From contig OZ024748.1 of NCBI GenBank assembly GCA_964016885.1, forward strand, positions 11,222,001-11,286,000: DNA of 64,000 bases. The letters run 5' to 3'. Position numbers and translations under genes: made by a program. This DNA is from Eledone cirrhosa (Eukaryota). Positions 63,871-64,000 of this stretch are shown one piece after another; position 1 is the stretch's first letter; each line of letters begins with the position of its first letter. The notes under the pieces were generated by a model, which was not told the origin of the DNA, ran no database searches, and saw nothing but the letters and a program-made list of their open reading frames with translations.

Positions 63871-64000
63871 CACACAAATATATATACATACACATACAAA
63901 CACAAACATACACACACACATATATATATATACACATACATACATACACACATACATACATATATATCATGTTTCAAATTTAATATGTTTTCCTGGATTA

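Overview
Eukaryotic, AT-rich, repeat-dense animal DNA. The SINE, RTE and microsatellite landscape suggests an octopus or other coleoid cephalopod (inference). The only convincing host coding sequence is the first coding exon of a phospholipase C-gamma gene (11037-11232, +, GTAAGT donor); I could not find exon 2, so the rest of the window is probably one giant intron. Almost all long ORFs in the track are microsatellite artefacts, including those in the ~11.3 kb (AT)/(GT) array. Mobile DNA includes several tRNA-derived SINE families (one shares its 3' tail with an RTE LINE fragment in the window), RTE/RTE-X relics, a CRE-like relic, a mariner relic, a hAT MITE and TTAA-flanked MITEs. Most notable: the window holds many minimal type I hammerhead ribozyme motifs (stem I-CUGANGA-stem II-GAAA-palindromic stem III-NUH). 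About 9 have intact cores, stem II covaries between copies, and more are decayed. They sit in short, often palindromic dispersed repeats that share a downstream TRTTGAGTRC motif, consistent with Penelope-like pLTR or retrozyme-type elements. One SINE family also repeatedly seeds tandem arrays from its internal segment.
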